Positions 27,193 to 37,310 of a stretch of DNA of 64,000 nucleotides are shown piece by piece. The DNA is from an uncultured virus (IMG/VR IMGVR_UViG_3300008624_000002). Lineage: Duplodnaviria; Heunggongvirae; Uroviricota; Caudoviricetes. Location: the IMG/VR virus record IMGVR_UViG_3300008624_000002; one strand, written 5' to 3'. The position numbers and the translations under genes are program-made. Each line of letters starts with the position of its first letter. Positions within the stretch are counted from its first letter, which is position 1. The notes below the pieces were generated by a model. It worked only from the letters and a program-made list of their open reading frames with translations, was not told the DNA's origin and did no database searches.

Positions 27193-27369
27193 TTATTTGT
27201 CTTTTGCTTTACCAACATTAAATGCAAACCAATCAAGGACTTTATAAGCCTTCTTGACTAGACCATCATCTACTGGTGTTGGTGTAAGGGCTGCTATTAG
27301 TGAAGCGCCTGCAACTATCCAAGGGATTAATTGAAGCCATCCGACTACCCATGTAAGAAATTCTAACAT
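27193..27369 (-). CDS. Small membrane protein (58 aa), possibly holin-like
   Basis: Manual translation MLEFLTWVVGWLQLIPWIVAGASLIAALTPTPVDDGLVKKAYKVLDWFAFNVGKAKDK; GGAGG RBS; late promoter at 27422. Confidence 0.6.
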   Translation of the reverse strand: MLEFLTWVVGWLQLIPWIVAGASLIAALTPTPVDDGLVKKAYKVLDWFAFNVGKAKDK

Positions 27370-27424
27370 TTCTATCCTCCATTGTTTAAAAATAAAAGTT
27401 AATTATTACTATTAACGATGGTAT

Positions 27425-27832
27425 TTATGAAATATTGTTGCCAATTGAGTATTTTTGGGTGAGTTTCCACTCTGTTTTCTCTTTGTAAGGTATAACTTTT
27501 ATCTGAGAAAGTGGTGCTCTAGGGGTTGCGATTGATGTTGGAATGACTACTGATACTAGATTCCATTGTCTTAATAAGTCAACGATGGTGTTTCTACGGC
27601 CCACATCCGACTCGTCAAAGTTGGTTGGTTTACCATCTAGTTTGAATAGTTCTTTGAAATGGACAATGTAATACTTGCCTCTTTTGTGGAGAATGTGACA
27701 GGACTGAAACAGTTCTTTTTCTTTTCTAGATGCCACACCAATACGAGATAAGGTCTCTCTTATCTTAAGAAAGTCGTCCTTTTCAGGAAATGTGATTTCT
27801 ATTAAGTCCTTTACTAAATCGTTGTCATCCAT
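27425..27832 (-). CDS. regA: Translational repressor RegA
   Basis: DDFLKIRETLSRIG, QSCHILHKRGKYYIVHFKELF. Confidence 0.95.
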   Translation of the reverse strand: MDDNDLVKDLIEITFPEKDDFLKIRETLSRIGVASRKEKELFQSCHILHKRGKYYIVHFKELFKLDGKPTNFDESDVGRRNTIVDLLRQWNLVSVVIPTSIATPRAPLSQIKVIPYKEKTEWKLTQKYSIGNNIS

Positions 27833-28217
27833 TATTCTTGCCACCAAGTTTCATTCTGTTTTTCAACTCACGATACTGTTTATCATTTAATAACTCTAGA
27901 TATTCTTTAGCTCTTTGTGTTGATACACCAAAGGCATTCTTCACTGTATCTAACTTCTTACTTAAGTAAGGTTTTTGCCATTTCGAAAATCTCTGTCTTT
28001 TTCTAAGAGTATTTATGAAAAACAAGTATTGAAGACGGTTATCCGTACCGTGACGGACATTCATCTCGTTTACAAGAAAAACAGAATCTTGATGATAAGA
28101 TAATGCTTTATTGATTAGGAATGGTTGATAGGCTTTCTCTTCGACATCATCAACCATGATGTCTTTTTTGTCGTAAGAGACCGACTTTACGAAATCAAAC
28201 GGATTTCGTTTGTTCAT
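27825..28217 (-). CDS. 62: Clamp loader small subunit (gp62)
   Basis: YQPFLINKALS, NEMN, LRKRQRFSKW; position between 44 and regA. Confidence 0.9.
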   Translation of the reverse strand: MNKRNPFDFVKSVSYDKKDIMVDDVEEKAYQPFLINKALSYHQDSVFLVNEMNVRHGTDNRLQYLFFINTLRKRQRFSKWQKPYLSKKLDTVKNAFGVSTQRAKEYLELLNDKQYRELKNRMKLGGKNNG

Positions 28218-28504
28218 CTTTGAGGATATTCGTATTGTGACTTGCGTAAGAAAGAGTGTAAAAGATTCTCACCTCTCTTCTCAGAACCGAATCTGTGAAT
28301 TTCTTTTCCGTTTTTAGACCTGACAATCACACCATTGTTGTATTGAACATCGGTCACTGGTGAATCGTCTGTATCTGCTGGTCTATCATCGTACCACATA
28401 GATTTTAATTGATGTATATGGACACATTTAACATGCCATGCCCATTCTTCTGCCTCAAGTTTAAGTCTTTGTTTCTCTACCCTTTCATCATATTGGGTCA
28501 TCAT
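28214..28504 (-). CDS. Hypothetical protein inserted between genes 44 and 62
   Basis: 96-aa ORF with GGAG RBS. Confidence 0.55.
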   Translation of the reverse strand: MMTQYDERVEKQRLKLEAEEWAWHVKCVHIHQLKSMWYDDRPADTDDSPVTDVQYNNGVIVRSKNGKEIHRFGSEKRGENLLHSFLRKSQYEYPQR

Positions 28505-28553
28505 ACTTCTCCCTCTCTACTGAAAAAACACCAAAAGATTAACCATAGTGTTC

Positions 28554-29498
28554 TCATTTGAATTTACACTCACTCATTATTTCAGTAAGACAAGCAACAA
28601 AGTTTATCTCACTGTCCATTGCAAATGCAGACTTGTATTGATAGTCAGCGATAAACAATACAGCGGCAGGTATCGAACTTGGTTCAAGACGCTGTTCAAG
28701 TGTATTGAATACTTTCCTATATAGGGTGTTGAAGTCATTATCTGAATTCTGACCTACCCATTTTCTCATGCCAGACCAATTCTTGTCTGCCAACATATCA
28801 ATTAGAGGTGTAAGTTTTTCTTCGGATAATGTCGCTAATAGACCACTATCTATTACACCACTTGCACCATATCTCTGAACTTCATTGATACATCGTCTAA
28901 AATCTGGAAAGAACTTCATAATAAGTTCTACTAAAACCTTTTCGTCATATTCTATATTCTCTTCTTTACAGATATGCTTTAATCTATCTAATGCACCCAT
29001 AGCGAGAGTTTGTTTCTCATTATTAGGTATCGCAAAATCTATAACAGTGCATCTACTATGAAGTGGTGCAATGATACGATTCTTATAATTACATGTGAAT
29101 ATAAACCTACAATTAGAAGAGAACTCTTCTATGAAATTTCTTAATGCAGGTTGAACAGATTCAGCAGATATGTAATCTGCTTCATCTAAAATAACTACTT
29201 TTGGACCACCAGAAAGTGAAACTGTTGATGCAAAGTTTTTGATTTTTGTCCGTAAAGTATCGATAAGGCGGCCCTCATCACTACCATTGATAACTATAAA
29301 GTCAGCTCCTAACTCATTACACAACGCCTTAGCGATGGTTGTTTTGCCTGTCCCAGCAGGACCATTCAATAATAGATTAGGTATTTCTTGATTATCTACG
29401 AACTCTGAGAAACTTTTCTTCACCCCTTTGGGTAAAATTGTGTCCTCAATTGTTTGAGGTCTATATTTCTCTACATATAAAAATTCTGTTTGACTCAT
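28554..29498 (-). CDS. 44: Clamp loader large subunit (gp44)
   Basis: VEKYRP, GPAGTGKTT, ILDEAD, PLHSRC. Confidence 0.95.
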   Translation of the reverse strand: MSQTEFLYVEKYRPQTIEDTILPKGVKKSFSEFVDNQEIPNLLLNGPAGTGKTTIAKALCNELGADFIVINGSDEGRLIDTLRTKIKNFASTVSLSGGPKVVILDEADYISAESVQPALRNFIEEFSSNCRFIFTCNYKNRIIAPLHSRCTVIDFAIPNNEKQTLAMGALDRLKHICKEENIEYDEKVLVELIMKFFPDFRRCINEVQRYGASGVIDSGLLATLSEEKLTPLIDMLADKNWSGMRKWVGQNSDNDFNTLYRKVFNTLEQRLEPSSIPAAVLFIADYQYKSAFAMDSEINFVACLTEIMSECKFK

Positions 29499-29620
29499 AA
29501 CTTAAAAGAACGACCCCCACCTGCCGTTTGTGCATTAGACCAAAGATGATGAGATTCTAATACTCCCATGAAAAGAGCGGAGACTGGCGCTTTTTCACAC
29601 ATTTATATATCCTATATATG

Positions 29621-30286
29621 TTAGGCGTTGTAAGAACTGTCAGGTTCTAACGCAATAAAATACTCTAAATCTATATCTTTATTTTTGAAATGAGATATAC
29701 CTTTAGAAGATACTGCAACCGAGTAGTTGCCATCTAAAACTTTCAAGTTCTCAATCTTGAAGTTCATTGTGAATTTAGAACCATTGCCCTCTCCTACAAC
29801 TCTTGAGAATGTATTTGAAGTTGGATTCTTTTTGTCAGCAACTGACAATTTGATAGTTGTACCATCAGAAGTCATACTTAAATCATTGACGCCTAGAACT
29901 GAAGCAGCCTTCTGCAATTCGGACAATAATGTTGATGATAAATCTATATTGATTTCTGAGTCAGGCATTGTAATCATTTTGTCTACAGTAGTTACCATAC
30001 CCTCAGATGCATAGAAATAAGTCAAAGATGTATCAGCATCAGCAATAGTCAATGATGCTTCATTGAAATTGAAATCTGGATTATCTGTCAGACTTATTGC
30101 ACCTAGAAATTCAACTAGGTTGTATATACTAAACTCTTGATTAAATGTTTCTGGAACATTTGCAACAGCAAGTATGTTTTTCATATTAGATATTGTTCTA
30201 AGTTGATTACCTGCACCAACTTTAATACCTGAATTAATTGTGGCGAAGTTCTTTAATATCGCCTGAGTTTCACTTGAAATTTTCAC
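29621..30286 (-). CDS. 45: Sliding clamp (gp45)
   Basis: MKISSET..ILKNFATIN, FKIENLK, YFIALE. Confidence 0.93.
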   Translation of the reverse strand: MKISSETQAILKNFATINSGIKVGAGNQLRTISNMKNILAVANVPETFNQEFSIYNLVEFLGAISLTDNPDFNFNEASLTIADADTSLTYFYASEGMVTTVDKMITMPDSEINIDLSSTLLSELQKAASVLGVNDLSMTSDGTTIKLSVADKKNPTSNTFSRVVGEGNGSKFTMNFKIENLKVLDGNYSVAVSSKGISHFKNKDIDLEYFIALEPDSSYNA

Positions 30287-30570
30287 TTTTCAGTCTCCTT
30301 ATAAGTATCGTGATTATATAAAGCAAGAAATCCGTAATGGATAACTTTCAACAGGTCGGCACGATTATAACCGTCCTTCTTTCCGTATCGTTGGGCATAT
30401 TTCAAAATATTCCCAATACAAAATCCTTCTCCATGACCACCGTCCATAATGAACTCTGTGGCCTGAAATTTTTCTTTTGAGTAATGTTCTTCATAAGTCT
30501 TGTCTACATAAGAAGAGAACTCGTTTAAGAGTTCTCTTTCGTTATATTTGTAGTCTATACTATTACTCAT
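30283..30570 (-). CDS. DUF3310-like protein
   Basis: GFCIGNILKYAQRYGKK.G...DLLKVIHY. Confidence 0.75.
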   Translation of the reverse strand: MSNSIDYKYNERELLNEFSSYVDKTYEEHYSKEKFQATEFIMDGGHGEGFCIGNILKYAQRYGKKDGYNRADLLKVIHYGFLALYNHDTYKETEK

Positions 30571-30614
30571 CTTGTTCCATTATACTCTTGAACCTTTCTA
30601 TCGTCAATGGGGTT

Positions 30615-31868
30615 TTAGATATAATCATCTTCGATTACAGTATCCTCAGGTTTGACTTCCTCAACAACTTCTTCGTAAGGATTAACTCCTTCATCAACTT
30701 TGGTGTAGAGGTCAAGAACTGCGGCCCTAGTTTCTTCATCGAATCTAGAGATACACATTGTTATTGATTTGAGTTTATCGTTAAACATTCTGAAAGCGTT
30801 TACAATGTGAACAAGTCTTCGAGTTGTTATCACATCATCTATCGCACCTTCGTAGTAAGTTTTTCTGATTATGTCTGCCCAATCAACTAGTTTTTTGCAG
30901 AACTCTTCATCAACTTCGCCACTCAATGCCATTTCTTTTTTAAGAATGTTTCTCTCAGTAGTCACTGGAGGATATTCTTGTTGCATTGTAATCGCAAACC
31001 TTTCAAGCATCGCTTCATTCATAATTTGAGTCCCTATGAACTTGCCATCTTCTGAACCTTGCCCTTTAGTGTTTGCAGTTGCAAGAACTGTGAACCCAGG
31101 TGTTGGTGTCACCCACTCACCAGTTTTCTTGATTAAGTATCCTTTCCCTTCAAGAACTGATTGTAAACACATGAGTTTATTAGACCCTAAGTCAACTTCA
31201 TCAAGAAGTAAGACAGCGCCTTTTCTCATTGCCTTGATAACAGGACCTTCTCTAAAGATAATGTTACCATTTTGTAGAGTGTGTCCACCCATTAAATCAT
31301 CTTCATCAGTTTCGATGGTAATGTTCACTCTGAAAAGTTCCCTTTTCAATTGAGCACAAACTTGTTCAATCATCAAAGTTTTACCATTTCCTGAAAGACC
31401 AGTCACGAAAACTGGAAAGAAGATTTTAGATTTAATGATGTTTTTAACATCTTTATGGTGTCCAAACTGAACATAGTTTGACATCTTCTCAGGAATGATT
31501 TTGACTTTGTCGTCAATTAGATTGACTGCCTCAGTAGCAGCGGCGGCAGGCATATTTGAAACTTGCGGTGCAGGAACAGTCGCAACTTTTAACGGTGCAG
31601 GTTTATTAACTGCAACAGTTGTGCCATGTTCATCAACTGCAAGAATCGGTTGAAGATTGAAAACAGCACCATCTTTAAAATTGTATCTGTTTGATTTCAA
31701 CCAGTAAGGGAAATGTCCCAATGCATCAAATTGTTCTTTAGTGAACTGTAATTGATTAGGATATTTCGTTTTCAATGCCGTGATAAATTCTTTTCTATCA
31801 GGCGTCAGGTGGAAGTTTTGACCACCTATGTCGATTGACTCGGTTGGGTCATATGTCCATTTACTCAT
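30615..31868 (-). CDS. CobS-like / MoxR AAA+ ATPase
   Basis: GLSGNGKT, LLLDEVD, ATANTKG, NEAMLERF. Confidence 0.88.
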   Translation of the reverse strand: MSKWTYDPTESIDIGGQNFHLTPDRKEFITALKTKYPNQLQFTKEQFDALGHFPYWLKSNRYNFKDGAVFNLQPILAVDEHGTTVAVNKPAPLKVATVPAPQVSNMPAAAATEAVNLIDDKVKIIPEKMSNYVQFGHHKDVKNIIKSKIFFPVFVTGLSGNGKTLMIEQVCAQLKRELFRVNITIETDEDDLMGGHTLQNGNIIFREGPVIKAMRKGAVLLLDEVDLGSNKLMCLQSVLEGKGYLIKKTGEWVTPTPGFTVLATANTKGQGSEDGKFIGTQIMNEAMLERFAITMQQEYPPVTTERNILKKEMALSGEVDEEFCKKLVDWADIIRKTYYEGAIDDVITTRRLVHIVNAFRMFNDKLKSITMCISRFDEETRAAVLDLYTKVDEGVNPYEEVVEEVKPEDTVIEDDYI

Positions 31869-31899
31869 ATAGTCTCCTTGTTAATATTTTTCATCATGT

Positions 31900-31933
31900 G
31901 TCCATGGTACTAAAAAAGTGTACCTACTGTCAA
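31900..31933 (-). promoter_or_regulatory. Early promoter, class I
   Basis: TTGACA-GTAGGTACACTTTTTTAG-TACCAT-GGAC. Confidence 0.75.
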
Positions 31934-31942
31934 CCATTATTA

Positions 31943-32239
31943 TTACCATTTGTCTTTAACATCTGGTACTCCGTTTACATAATCAAATGGCATCGATATA
32001 CTAGCAGGGTTATGACCACTACCAATATATCTAAATCCTTTCTGAACTGTCATAGGGTCTACATGGTCTAGATATCTATCAACCCAACACCCTTTCCTTT
32101 GACAGTAATCTTCCACTTCAGCATATGTTCCATGAACATACTCTTTGAAGTTTCCTTCTTGGTCTAATACCCTTGCATATTCTTGTTGGTCTATCTGACC
32201 TCTAGGTATCTTTGGTAAATTTAATTCTAATTGTTTCAT
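31943..32239 (-). CDS. Hypothetical protein
   Basis: 98-aa ORF overlapping the upstream stop. Confidence 0.55.
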   Translation of the reverse strand: MKQLELNLPKIPRGQIDQQEYARVLDQEGNFKEYVHGTYAEVEDYCQRKGCWVDRYLDHVDPMTVQKGFRYIGSGHNPASISMPFDYVNGVPDVKDKW

Positions 32240-33762
32240 AATTTCTCCGGAACTAGTGTCACTTTGCCACTATCATCATTTGTTGAACCTAGTATAGTGC
32301 AAAAGTCACCAACATCCTTGTGGTGATTATGCCAAGTGTTTGCAGTGATTTTCTTAGAAGAAGCAGGACCATCTTTACCTTTTGAACCATTACTTTTCCA
32401 ATCGTTAGGTGCATCTGCTCTGCCACCATTAATATCTGTTATTGTAATCCACATCTTACTACAGTCTTCATTTCTACCAATCAGTAAGAAGTCCATTGTT
32501 GATGCCGTTTTAGCGGTACCTGAACCATCACCGCCTGCCCACCCATTCATAGAACCTTGGTCTTCATTTATCAATGTCACTTTAACTTCAATAACTGGAA
32601 TGTGATATCCCTCTTTTGAAGTTTTGTATCTTTCGCCATCAATTAAACCTCTAACTTCAACATCGAATACACTATCATTTTCTTTACCTTCTGAGTATGC
32701 ATCATATCCATATTCTCTCATAACAAGAGTCATAGCAGACATAGCACTATGCGAACAACCACTTGATATTGCACTTTGACTTTCGCCTGCAATCTTACTG
32801 AATACAATTTTTACTTTACCCTCACCTGGAACAACTGCGACTGCACCAAATTTTTGTTCTAGAAAATCTTTAAATAACTTTACGAATCTCTTTTGCATCT
32901 TCTTAGATTTTTTGAATAACTTCCAAAAGTGTTTCGCATCTGTAATACATTCTGCATAATTTTCATCTATAGCAAACTCTAATGCCTTTGCAGGAGTTGT
33001 GCAACTTTTACCATTGAACTTCTTATCTACATCAATAATCTTGAACCATTTTCTTGCTTCTTTATCACCCACAAAGTCAATCAATTGAAGCCCTTTCAAT
33101 AAATGTGTATTACTTATATCTCTATCTTTGGCAAAGTTTTTTCTCTCTTTAGCACAAAAAGAATAGTTTTTTGTTTCTTTATAGTTTCCTGTTAAGTCAA
33201 CCTTTCTATCTTCTGCCAACATTTTTCTCATGGCGTTAAACTCTTGACAGTTGGTCAACCAACTCTTCATATTTCTTACTAATAAGTTTCTTCCGTTTTG
33301 TGATGATAATATCTGTGCATCGTCAAACTCACTTCTATTTGGGTCAAACCATATGTCTTCTGGACAAATATAAACTCTTACAAGTTCAAGACCAGTCTTA
33401 GTAGTCATGAAAACTCTACAATCACCATTTCTTATGAAACAATAACCATCTATTGCAACTGCTTCTGTATTACCTACACCATCATAATCAATCTTTGAGT
33501 TTTCTAATAACCCCTCTACACCATAACCTAAATCATATAACTTTCGAACATTAGGGTCTTCATCGTGTGGATTCTTTTCGAAGAGTTCAAACTCTGGATA
33601 CATTTTTCTATTTGCAGGACTAGGTCTCAACAATTCAGCAGGCATTAGAAATGTATAAGATTGTTTACCATACTCTTTACTGTTTAATGCCTCTATGAAT
33701 TCTGGATATTCACAACCCACAAACTGTTTCAATTCAGATAATATTTTTTCTCTTTGTTTCAT
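32236..33762 (-). CDS. Hypothetical protein, possible ParB-like N-domain plus PD-(D/E)xK nuclease-like C-domain
   Basis: LLRPSPANRKMY..IDGYCFIRNGDCR; FDVEV..IEVKVT. Confidence 0.45.
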   Translation of the reverse strand: MKQREKILSELKQFVGCEYPEFIEALNSKEYGKQSYTFLMPAELLRPSPANRKMYPEFELFEKNPHDEDPNVRKLYDLGYGVEGLLENSKIDYDGVGNTEAVAIDGYCFIRNGDCRVFMTTKTGLELVRVYICPEDIWFDPNRSEFDDAQILSSQNGRNLLVRNMKSWLTNCQEFNAMRKMLAEDRKVDLTGNYKETKNYSFCAKERKNFAKDRDISNTHLLKGLQLIDFVGDKEARKWFKIIDVDKKFNGKSCTTPAKALEFAIDENYAECITDAKHFWKLFKKSKKMQKRFVKLFKDFLEQKFGAVAVVPGEGKVKIVFSKIAGESQSAISSGCSHSAMSAMTLVMREYGYDAYSEGKENDSVFDVEVRGLIDGERYKTSKEGYHIPVIEVKVTLINEDQGSMNGWAGGDGSGTAKTASTMDFLLIGRNEDCSKMWITITDINGGRADAPNDWKSNGSKGKDGPASSKKITANTWHNHHKDVGDFCTILGSTNDDSGKVTLVPEKL

Positions 33763-34004
33763 TCTATGTCCTTAAGTAATCTCTCCATATCAATTGCGAT
33801 AGAAGTCTTCTTACCCTTTCTCTTGGTGGTATAAGAATCATTGTTAACCCAAAATCTGAATGCCTTACATTCGACCTCTTCTTCAGCACACAAAGCTTGC
33901 CTAGGGCAATTAAACTTAACGCATGGTCCTACACCAACACTAACTATTGCTTCTTGAAACTTGTCGTAATTGACAGATTCAATTATTTCCATTTTTATTG
34001 CCAT
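33759..34004 (-). CDS. Small Cys-rich (possible Zn-binding) protein
   Basis: PCVKFNC..LC..ECKAF. Confidence 0.55.
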   Translation of the reverse strand: MAIKMEIIESVNYDKFQEAIVSVGVGPCVKFNCPRQALCAEEEVECKAFRFWVNNDSYTTKRKGKKTSIAIDMERLLKDIE

Positions 34005-36469
34005 TATGCAATCTCCTTTATAAATTCATTAACTAAAAATCTTGAGGTTGTTTTACCTTTTTGATTTCTTTTGAAGGCCGCCATTACTCTATTCTTGTTT
34101 GCACCAATGTACTCTTCATCAAGTTCATCATCGCCTGCCGTGGCAAGTTTAGATGCATAAGTTAAGAACAATTTGTTGTACCCTTTACATTCAACTACAT
34201 ACCCTTGTTTTCTGGTTTCTTTCCAAAGTTCATCTGTTGAGTGATAAGCCTTGTTGCCCATTATTGCATATGCAGTATTTCTAAAATCGTGTTTCTTAGA
34301 GAACACAAAGTATCCTGTCACGGTCACATTGCAAGTTTCTGATAACCACTCTAAAAGATTTTGAGTCGCATCGAACCTACTGTCACCGATAGTTGAATTA
34401 TCTTCGTAAAGGAAACTCTTATTGATGTATGGGTCTAAGAAATATCTCTTCTTGTTCCATCTTGCATAAGAATCTTCACCTACTTGTGCTTTTTCATCAG
34501 ACCTTTCCTCAGAACTATCTGAGAAGAATCTAGAACTGTGACTGTAACCATCAGTGATAATCGTTAAGATAGATTTTTCAACTCCGTATGCGTGGTTAAA
34601 CTCTGGTAAGAATTTTCTCATTGCAACTAAACAGTGGTCAAGAGGTGTTCCTCCCAATCTGTAATGGTCAGGATACATTTCATAATGTTGGTGTTTTTCT
34701 TGTTTCTCATTATAATATGCCTCAGGATCCCAAGTTTGAACTCCATTAAAAATTCTATCGTATTCTTCAATCAAAGGTCTCTCTTTTTGTCTCCAACTGT
34801 ATGTGATGTCTTGGTGCAATTTACTAACTAGTATTGAACTAAGGTTCACAAACATTTCGTTATATTCTCTGTGAGATTGTTCGTTAGAAAGTATTTCAAC
34901 TAATTTGCCTTTGCCACTTGAACGATAAGGATCACCATCTTTTCTTCTAATTGCATCTGAGAACAAATACACTCTGAAAGGTATTTGAACTTTTCTGCAA
35001 AACTCAGCAAGAACAAGAGATTGTTCAAGTAAGTCTGAAACTTCTCTACTGATAGAACCAGACCAGTCAACTAAAACATTCAAACCATGATTCTTACCAT
35101 CAGGTATGTAAGTGACTCTCTTGAAAATATCATCAACTATTTGATACTTAGCAAGTCTATTCATATCGAGTTCACCACTTTTTCCTGTGAAAGCTTTTGC
35201 ACTTCTTTGTGCGGTTTGTCTCATTTCAAATTCTTTTGCCATGTGAGCGACAATCTTTTTGTTCTTATCTTGAATATGTTTCTTGTAATGTTCAGCAAGA
35301 ACTTTCCAATATAATCTATTATCTTTTTTTCTATCGTTATATTCAGAACGCCAAGCTTGTGATTTCTTATCTTTATGATTTGCCATCAATTCTTCTAATC
35401 TTTCATCAAGGTCTTTGCCCGAGAAGAATTCTCTCCAATCTTCAAGAACTGTTTTGTAATCATAAAGAACATTATCAACTTTTTTATTTTCAAATCTTTC
35501 TCTTATTGGAACAGTTGTTCTGATACAAGCATTTTCATCTATAAATTCTTCTTCATTATTATGTGCATTGTATTCAGTAAGTGATTCTCTTGCACCCTCA
35601 GGTTCATCATATCTACCTGTGAAGTTTCCACCTTCTTTACCAGTGACTTTAATTTCTTCTTCAAGGTCTTCGCCAGGTTCTGTACCAGGTTCTGGTACTT
35701 TCTCTTCTTCCTCTTCTTTATCTGGATTGATAGGTGAACCATAAGAATCAGTATTGTCTCCATCTGGATCTTCCGTTTCTTCATCTTCGGTTTCCCACTT
35801 AGAAGTTTCTTCTGAGTTTTCTTCTTCGCCTTCTTCATCGCCATTTTCTAGCATTTCATCAGGCACTATAAATGTAATTTGTTCGTCATTCTCGTCTCTG
35901 GTCTCATTTTCTTTTGACCACTCATAAATCTCTGTAGCAACTTCAACAACATCTTCCCATGTTTTACATGCATCTGCCTTTTTTAAGAACTGAATTAAAA
36001 CTGTATCGTGAATGATGTCTACTCTAGAACCACACTTTGTAATTAGATTGATTTTATCAATCATAGAAAGTGTTTGTAAATCTCTCTCTTTAATACCAAA
36101 GAAGTCTTTGTCCATTAATTCATTATATGCCTTGAAGAATGAACCCCTTAACCCTTGATACTTCTCTTTGATTGCCTTCTCAATTCGGACATCTTCTATA
36201 ACATTGAGATACCCTTTAAGAGTTTTATTCTCCATAATAGTGGAGTGAAGCCCTTCATATGGAGTATTCAACGCATGACCCACTTCATGACCCATAAACA
36301 AGTCATAAAGTTCTGGTGATATATCGTCTTTGAAAACAGGACAAGCAAGTACCCTATTCTTCACATCAAAATATGCGGTGGGTATTGCTTTATGAACTAT
36401 CGTCAAGTCCTCAGTAGCCATAAGTCTAGCGAGGTTATCTTTCTGCGTTCTTAATCTTTCGTCTACCAT
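34004..36469 (-). CDS. Metallopeptidase-like + VWA domain protein (CobT-like partner of the AAA ATPase)
   Basis: HEVGH, NVIEDVRIE, acidic linker, MIDAS VDWSGS, GGTPL, IITDG. Confidence 0.82.
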   Translation of the reverse strand: MVDERLRTQKDNLARLMATEDLTIVHKAIPTAYFDVKNRVLACPVFKDDISPELYDLFMGHEVGHALNTPYEGLHSTIMENKTLKGYLNVIEDVRIEKAIKEKYQGLRGSFFKAYNELMDKDFFGIKERDLQTLSMIDKINLITKCGSRVDIIHDTVLIQFLKKADACKTWEDVVEVATEIYEWSKENETRDENDEQITFIVPDEMLENGDEEGEEENSEETSKWETEDEETEDPDGDNTDSYGSPINPDKEEEEEKVPEPGTEPGEDLEEEIKVTGKEGGNFTGRYDEPEGARESLTEYNAHNNEEEFIDENACIRTTVPIRERFENKKVDNVLYDYKTVLEDWREFFSGKDLDERLEELMANHKDKKSQAWRSEYNDRKKDNRLYWKVLAEHYKKHIQDKNKKIVAHMAKEFEMRQTAQRSAKAFTGKSGELDMNRLAKYQIVDDIFKRVTYIPDGKNHGLNVLVDWSGSISREVSDLLEQSLVLAEFCRKVQIPFRVYLFSDAIRRKDGDPYRSSGKGKLVEILSNEQSHREYNEMFVNLSSILVSKLHQDITYSWRQKERPLIEEYDRIFNGVQTWDPEAYYNEKQEKHQHYEMYPDHYRLGGTPLDHCLVAMRKFLPEFNHAYGVEKSILTIITDGYSHSSRFFSDSSEERSDEKAQVGEDSYARWNKKRYFLDPYINKSFLYEDNSTIGDSRFDATQNLLEWLSETCNVTVTGYFVFSKKHDFRNTAYAIMGNKAYHSTDELWKETRKQGYVVECKGYNKLFLTYASKLATAGDDELDEEYIGANKNRVMAAFKRNQKGKTTSRFLVNEFIKEIA

Positions 36470-36684
36470 TCTTTGTAAAACCCTTCTTTTTCGTTATCGT
36501 TATAACCTTTCATATAAATTTTTATTTGATATGGGGTTAAATCGGTCACTCTTTTACATTTGTATGTTCCGTGAGGATAGTAATGAGGATTTATACCTCG
36601 TCTATAATAAGAGTCGCAAGTGCCTCTATCATAAAGACCACCATTGACTGTGTGTTTTTCTGGAATTCCTTCTACTTCAAACAT
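36463..36684 (-). CDS. Small conserved hypothetical early protein
   Basis: GGLYDRG.CDSYYRR..PHYY motif; RBS and promoter upstream. Confidence 0.6.
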   Translation of the reverse strand: MFEVEGIPEKHTVNGGLYDRGTCDSYYRRGINPHYYPHGTYKCKRVTDLTPYQIKIYMKGYNDNEKEGFYKEW

Positions 36685-36708
36685 ATTTACTCCTATAATT
36701 CATCATGT

Positions 36709-36742
36709 GTCCATGGTACTAAAAAAGTGTACCCATTGTCAA
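36709..36742 (-). promoter_or_regulatory. Early promoter, class I
   Basis: TTGACA-ATGGGTACACTTTTTTAG-TACCAT-GGAC. Confidence 0.75.
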
Positions 36743-36744
36743 AT

Positions 36745-36957
36745 TTATCCTAGGTTATCTACTGATGATTGAACATCTGAAATATTACTATTAGCAGATT
36801 GTATCTCTGATTCAATTGAACTCAATTGACTTTCTAAAGAATCGACTTTTGATTTTAAGTCTTCAATCGTTGAACCTAATATATCATTTATTTCAATAAC
36901 TTTATCGAAATTTTTCACTACTTGTTCCATTAGTGTATTATTGGTTACTTCACTCAT
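36745..36957 (-). CDS. Small coiled-coil protein
   Basis: Heptad repeat pattern. Confidence 0.55.
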   Translation of the reverse strand: MSEVTNNTLMEQVVKNFDKVIEINDILGSTIEDLKSKVDSLESQLSSIESEIQSANSNISDVQSSVDNLG

Positions 36958-37310
36958 GCTTTCGCTCCTTTGTTTTTGATTACTGTTCTGATATCAGCAG
37001 CGAATTGCCAGGCGTTATAATCACCAGCACTTGCGATACCAAAATCTTTATCGTTAATAATTAATTTGTAATACTTGGCACCACTTATAAAATCTAGAAG
37101 TTCACCATCTTCGATTTTACCGGTAATCCAGTATTTGTTAAATGAACCTTTGACAGGTTGCAATTGATAACCTAGACCTTCCATAAAGTCTAGAATTTTT
37201 TGTTTGTTAAAGATACCTTCTTTCTCAGCAGGTACTTTTAAAATTGGATTGTATTTCATATTACTCCTATAAATTTTATCCGTGAGGACCAGGAATGTTG
37301 ATCCAATCAT
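36954..37310 (-). CDS. Hypothetical protein (true start probably MKYNP near 37259)
   Basis: AGGAG RBS before the internal ATG. Confidence 0.5.
   Translation of the reverse strand: MIGSTFLVLTDKIYRSNMKYNPILKVPAEKEGIFNKQKILDFMEGLGYQLQPVKGSFNKYWITGKIEDGELLDFISGAKYYKLIINDKDFGIASAGDYNAWQFAADIRTVIKNKGAKA

Noticed and set aside
30615..36469. Cobalamin biosynthesis (CobS/CobT)
   Set aside because: This MoxR-VWA pair is common in T4-like phages; no other cob genes are present, so a chaperone role is more likely
31892..36742. Near-identical ~42-nt repeats as att sites or mobile-element ends
   Set aside because: They match promoter architecture, occur at four loci, and no integrase or transposase is present
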